Source: Candidatus Oxydemutatoraceae bacterium (GTDB taxonomy: Bacteria > Pseudomonadota > Gammaproteobacteria > Poriferisulfidales > Oxydemutatoraceae). From it: 64,000 nucleotides of DNA. The stretch spans positions 2,028,769 through 2,092,768 of the forward strand of contig OZ244779.1 of assembly GCA_965219575.1 (NCBI GenBank), in the 5' to 3' direction. This document shows, one piece after another, positions 62,009-64,000 of the stretch. The position numbers and the translations under genes were made by a program. Under the pieces are notes generated by a model that saw nothing but the letters and a program-made list of their open reading frames with translations, was not told the origin of the DNA and searched no databases. The first letter of the stretch is position 1. Every line of letters begins with the position of its first letter.

Positions 62009-62071
62009 GATAGTCGTTTGAAATGAGAATTTTCTTTTGCATTATAAAGCATTGCCGCAAAAACAATATGT

Positions 62072-62370
62072 GAGGCTGTTAAAAAAGTGAGGGTATCGCT
62101 CAAACCCAATCGCTGTGCGCCGTGAATATTTGTAAACCACCTGTAGGGGCGGACTGGCATGTCCGCCCATAACGTATCATGTTTGCACGATTGACGCGTT
62201 CACCCATTAATATTATGGAAACCATTATTTGTTGGCGCAAGCGGTTGGCATCGTGCAGAACGGTACTTAAGGGCAGACACACAGATCTGCCCCTACGGCT
62301 TGGTGGCTATTATAAATTCACGGCGCAAGCGGTTACCGTTGCACGCTGACGATACTTTTTCAACAGCCCC
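62072..62370. mobile_element. MITE with 4-bp TSD ATGT
   Basis: GAGGCTGTTAAAAAA...TTTTTCAACAGCCCC, with ATGT at 62068-62071 and 62371-62374. Confidence 0.85.
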
Positions 62371-62450
62371 ATGTGGCTTCGGATTTATCCATGTGCTTTT
62401 TGATAAGCAAAATCGTGCTTGGCACGACATTTTGTCAAAAAGCCGATTGA

Positions 62451-63539
62451 TCAGCGTATCACCCTCAACAGATAAAAACCCAACAGCGAAAAAAGAATAA
62501 CTGGCAAAAACGCTCCCAGCCATGCCGGGAGATGGTAGCTGATCGATAAATTCCCGAAAATTTGACTCACGATGATATACGACAAACCTAATAAAACTGC
62601 AGTGAAAAATCGCTTTCCCATCGTAGCACTTTGCACCGACCCGAATATCCATGGTATCGCAAGTAATATCACAACCAAGATAGACAACATCGTGCTCAAA
62701 TGGGTCCACAGCGCGAGTTCGTGAACATTGGTGTTTAATTCGGAACGCCTTAAAAATTCGATATACGCGTATAGTTGACGGAAGTTCATGTGTTCTTGCC
62801 TTAGACTTTCGGGCATCGTGTGAGTTAGTTCCGATATCGTAAAAGGAATTTGCAGTTGCTCGGCAATGCGCTTTTGAATACGATTCTCGTTTCCGAATAA
62901 AAAAACTTCGGCATCGTGCAGAATCAATAACTTCTCATCAACCGATGTAACCGCCCGCTTCGCTTCGATATGCCTTAGCAAACGGTAGTTTTGATTCAAT
63001 TCAAACACATTAACATCCAGATATTCGTCGTCGTTTAATAAGGTTTTGAAGTTGATGAAATAATCCCCTTCGCGCAACCAATAACCGGTATCCGATTCGA
63101 AGAAATGCGACTGTTGTTCGCAACAATGTTTAATGTCATATTGCCGATATTGTGCCTTGGGCACGACAAACTCTCCGTAGATAAAAGTGCCTATCATCAG
63201 CAAAGTACCGACCGCTAAAATAGAGTAGGCAATACGCATACGAGTATAACCGCAGGCGCGCAACGCTAAAAACTCAAAATTGACGGCCATGCTTCCCAAA
63301 CCCACCATGCAACCCAATAAAACGGCGATAGGTAATAATTCGTAAGCACTGACGGCAATCTCCAGCACACTATAAAACAACATTGTCCCTATCGGATAGT
63401 CGGCATCCACTTTATCTATTTCATCGAGAAAATCTATCACACCGTCTATGGCAAGCAGCGCGAGCAGAGCCACTGCGATGCCCGTTAGTAGCTGGCGCGC
63501 CAAATAAAAATCTACGATGCAAAATCTCATAACATACAT
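62451..63539 (-). CDS. lptG: LPS export ABC transporter permease LptG
   Basis: YELLPIAVLLG, EFLALRACG and the YjgP/YjgQ architecture. Follows lptF. Start approximate. Confidence 0.88.
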   Translation of the reverse strand: MYVMRFCIVDFYLARQLLTGIAVALLALLAIDGVIDFLDEIDKVDADYPIGTMLFYSVLEIAVSAYELLPIAVLLGCMVGLGSMAVNFEFLALRACGYTRMRIAYSILAVGTLLMIGTFIYGEFVVPKAQYRQYDIKHCCEQQSHFFESDTGYWLREGDYFINFKTLLNDDEYLDVNVFELNQNYRLLRHIEAKRAVTSVDEKLLILHDAEVFLFGNENRIQKRIAEQLQIPFTISELTHTMPESLRQEHMNFRQLYAYIEFLRRSELNTNVHELALWTHLSTMLSILVVILLAIPWIFGSVQSATMGKRFFTAVLLGLSYIIVSQIFGNLSISYHLPAWLGAFLPVILFSLLGFYLLRVIR

Positions 63540-63543
63540 TGCA

Positions 63544-64000
63544 TCAATAAACATCTCGCCGCGCTGCCAAGACAACGGCAACAAAAAACACCGTGAGGTG
63601 CAAAGGCCAAACGCCGATTGCTGCCGGCAACTGTCCGCTTTCTATAAAGCTACTCATCAATATTGCCAAATTCGAATAAACCAAGAACACGACGATACCC
63701 AATGCGAGTTTGGCTTGTTGTCTATAACGCTTCGGCGAAGAACGGCTCAACCATTCCACAAACGGTAGCAACACCAATAGCACCAGAGGTATCGATAAGC
63801 GCATTTGCAATTCGGCTTGTGCCTCCAGACTATCCGCATGCCAAAGCGTCAAAAAATCAAAACTCTCGGGATTATAATTTCTCGGCTGTATTTCTTGTTC
63901 GGGCAGTTGTATGCGGTGGCTTTTATAATCAACGGTATAAAAAGAAACTTCATGGGCGGTGCTCGCATAGCTTCTATAAAAATCGCCGCTTTCTAAATAT
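63544..64000 (-). CDS. lptF: LPS export ABC transporter permease LptF (3' part)
   Basis: Open frame from the window end. AQAELQMRLSIP, LVYSNL and GVWPLH match the LptF C-terminus. Confidence 0.85.
   Translation of the reverse strand, partial: YLESGDFYRSYASTAHEVSFYTVDYKSHRIQLPEQEIQPRNYNPESFDFLTLWHADSLEAQAELQMRLSIPLVLLVLLPFVEWLSRSSPKRYRQQAKLALGIVVFLVYSNLAILMSSFIESGQLPAAIGVWPLHLTVFFVAVVLAARRDVY

Overview
This 64-kb window looks gammaproteobacterial and is heavily colonised by repeats. Housekeeping genes include msrA, kdsD, a Ca/Na antiporter, tldD-pmbA, gltB, dnaG, dtd, pip, an RDD protein and lptG/lptF. Surface-glycan genes are expanded: 9 GT25 paralogs, 2 NodZ-like glycosyltransferases, 3 sulfotransferase-like genes and 2 LPS-kinase-like genes. 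The best candidate for an undescribed system is a porin shufflon (34.4-42.2 kb). Three paralogous porin genes share a 17-bp site, CTTAAGAGTAACAAACT, at signal-peptide codons 3-8. Only one copy has a promoter, RBS and ATG, and these lie with a tyrosine recombinase on a 1.36-kb segment bounded by inverted copies of the site. Site-specific inversion could therefore select which porin is expressed. Other highlights: (1) a five-element nested insertion (42.2-47.0 kb) whose target-site duplications indicate that the host MITE ends mobilised an Rpn nuclease gene as cargo; (2) an IS110 whose bridge RNA guides can be read from the sequence and match the host REP palindrome; (3) an uncharacterised ExbB/MotA-like operon with a Gly/Lys/Arg repeat peptide and a double FGE-sulfatase-domain protein; (4) CsrA-type GGA hairpins in the porin 3' UTRs. 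All calls were made by eye from the sequence and the ORF track; no searches were run.
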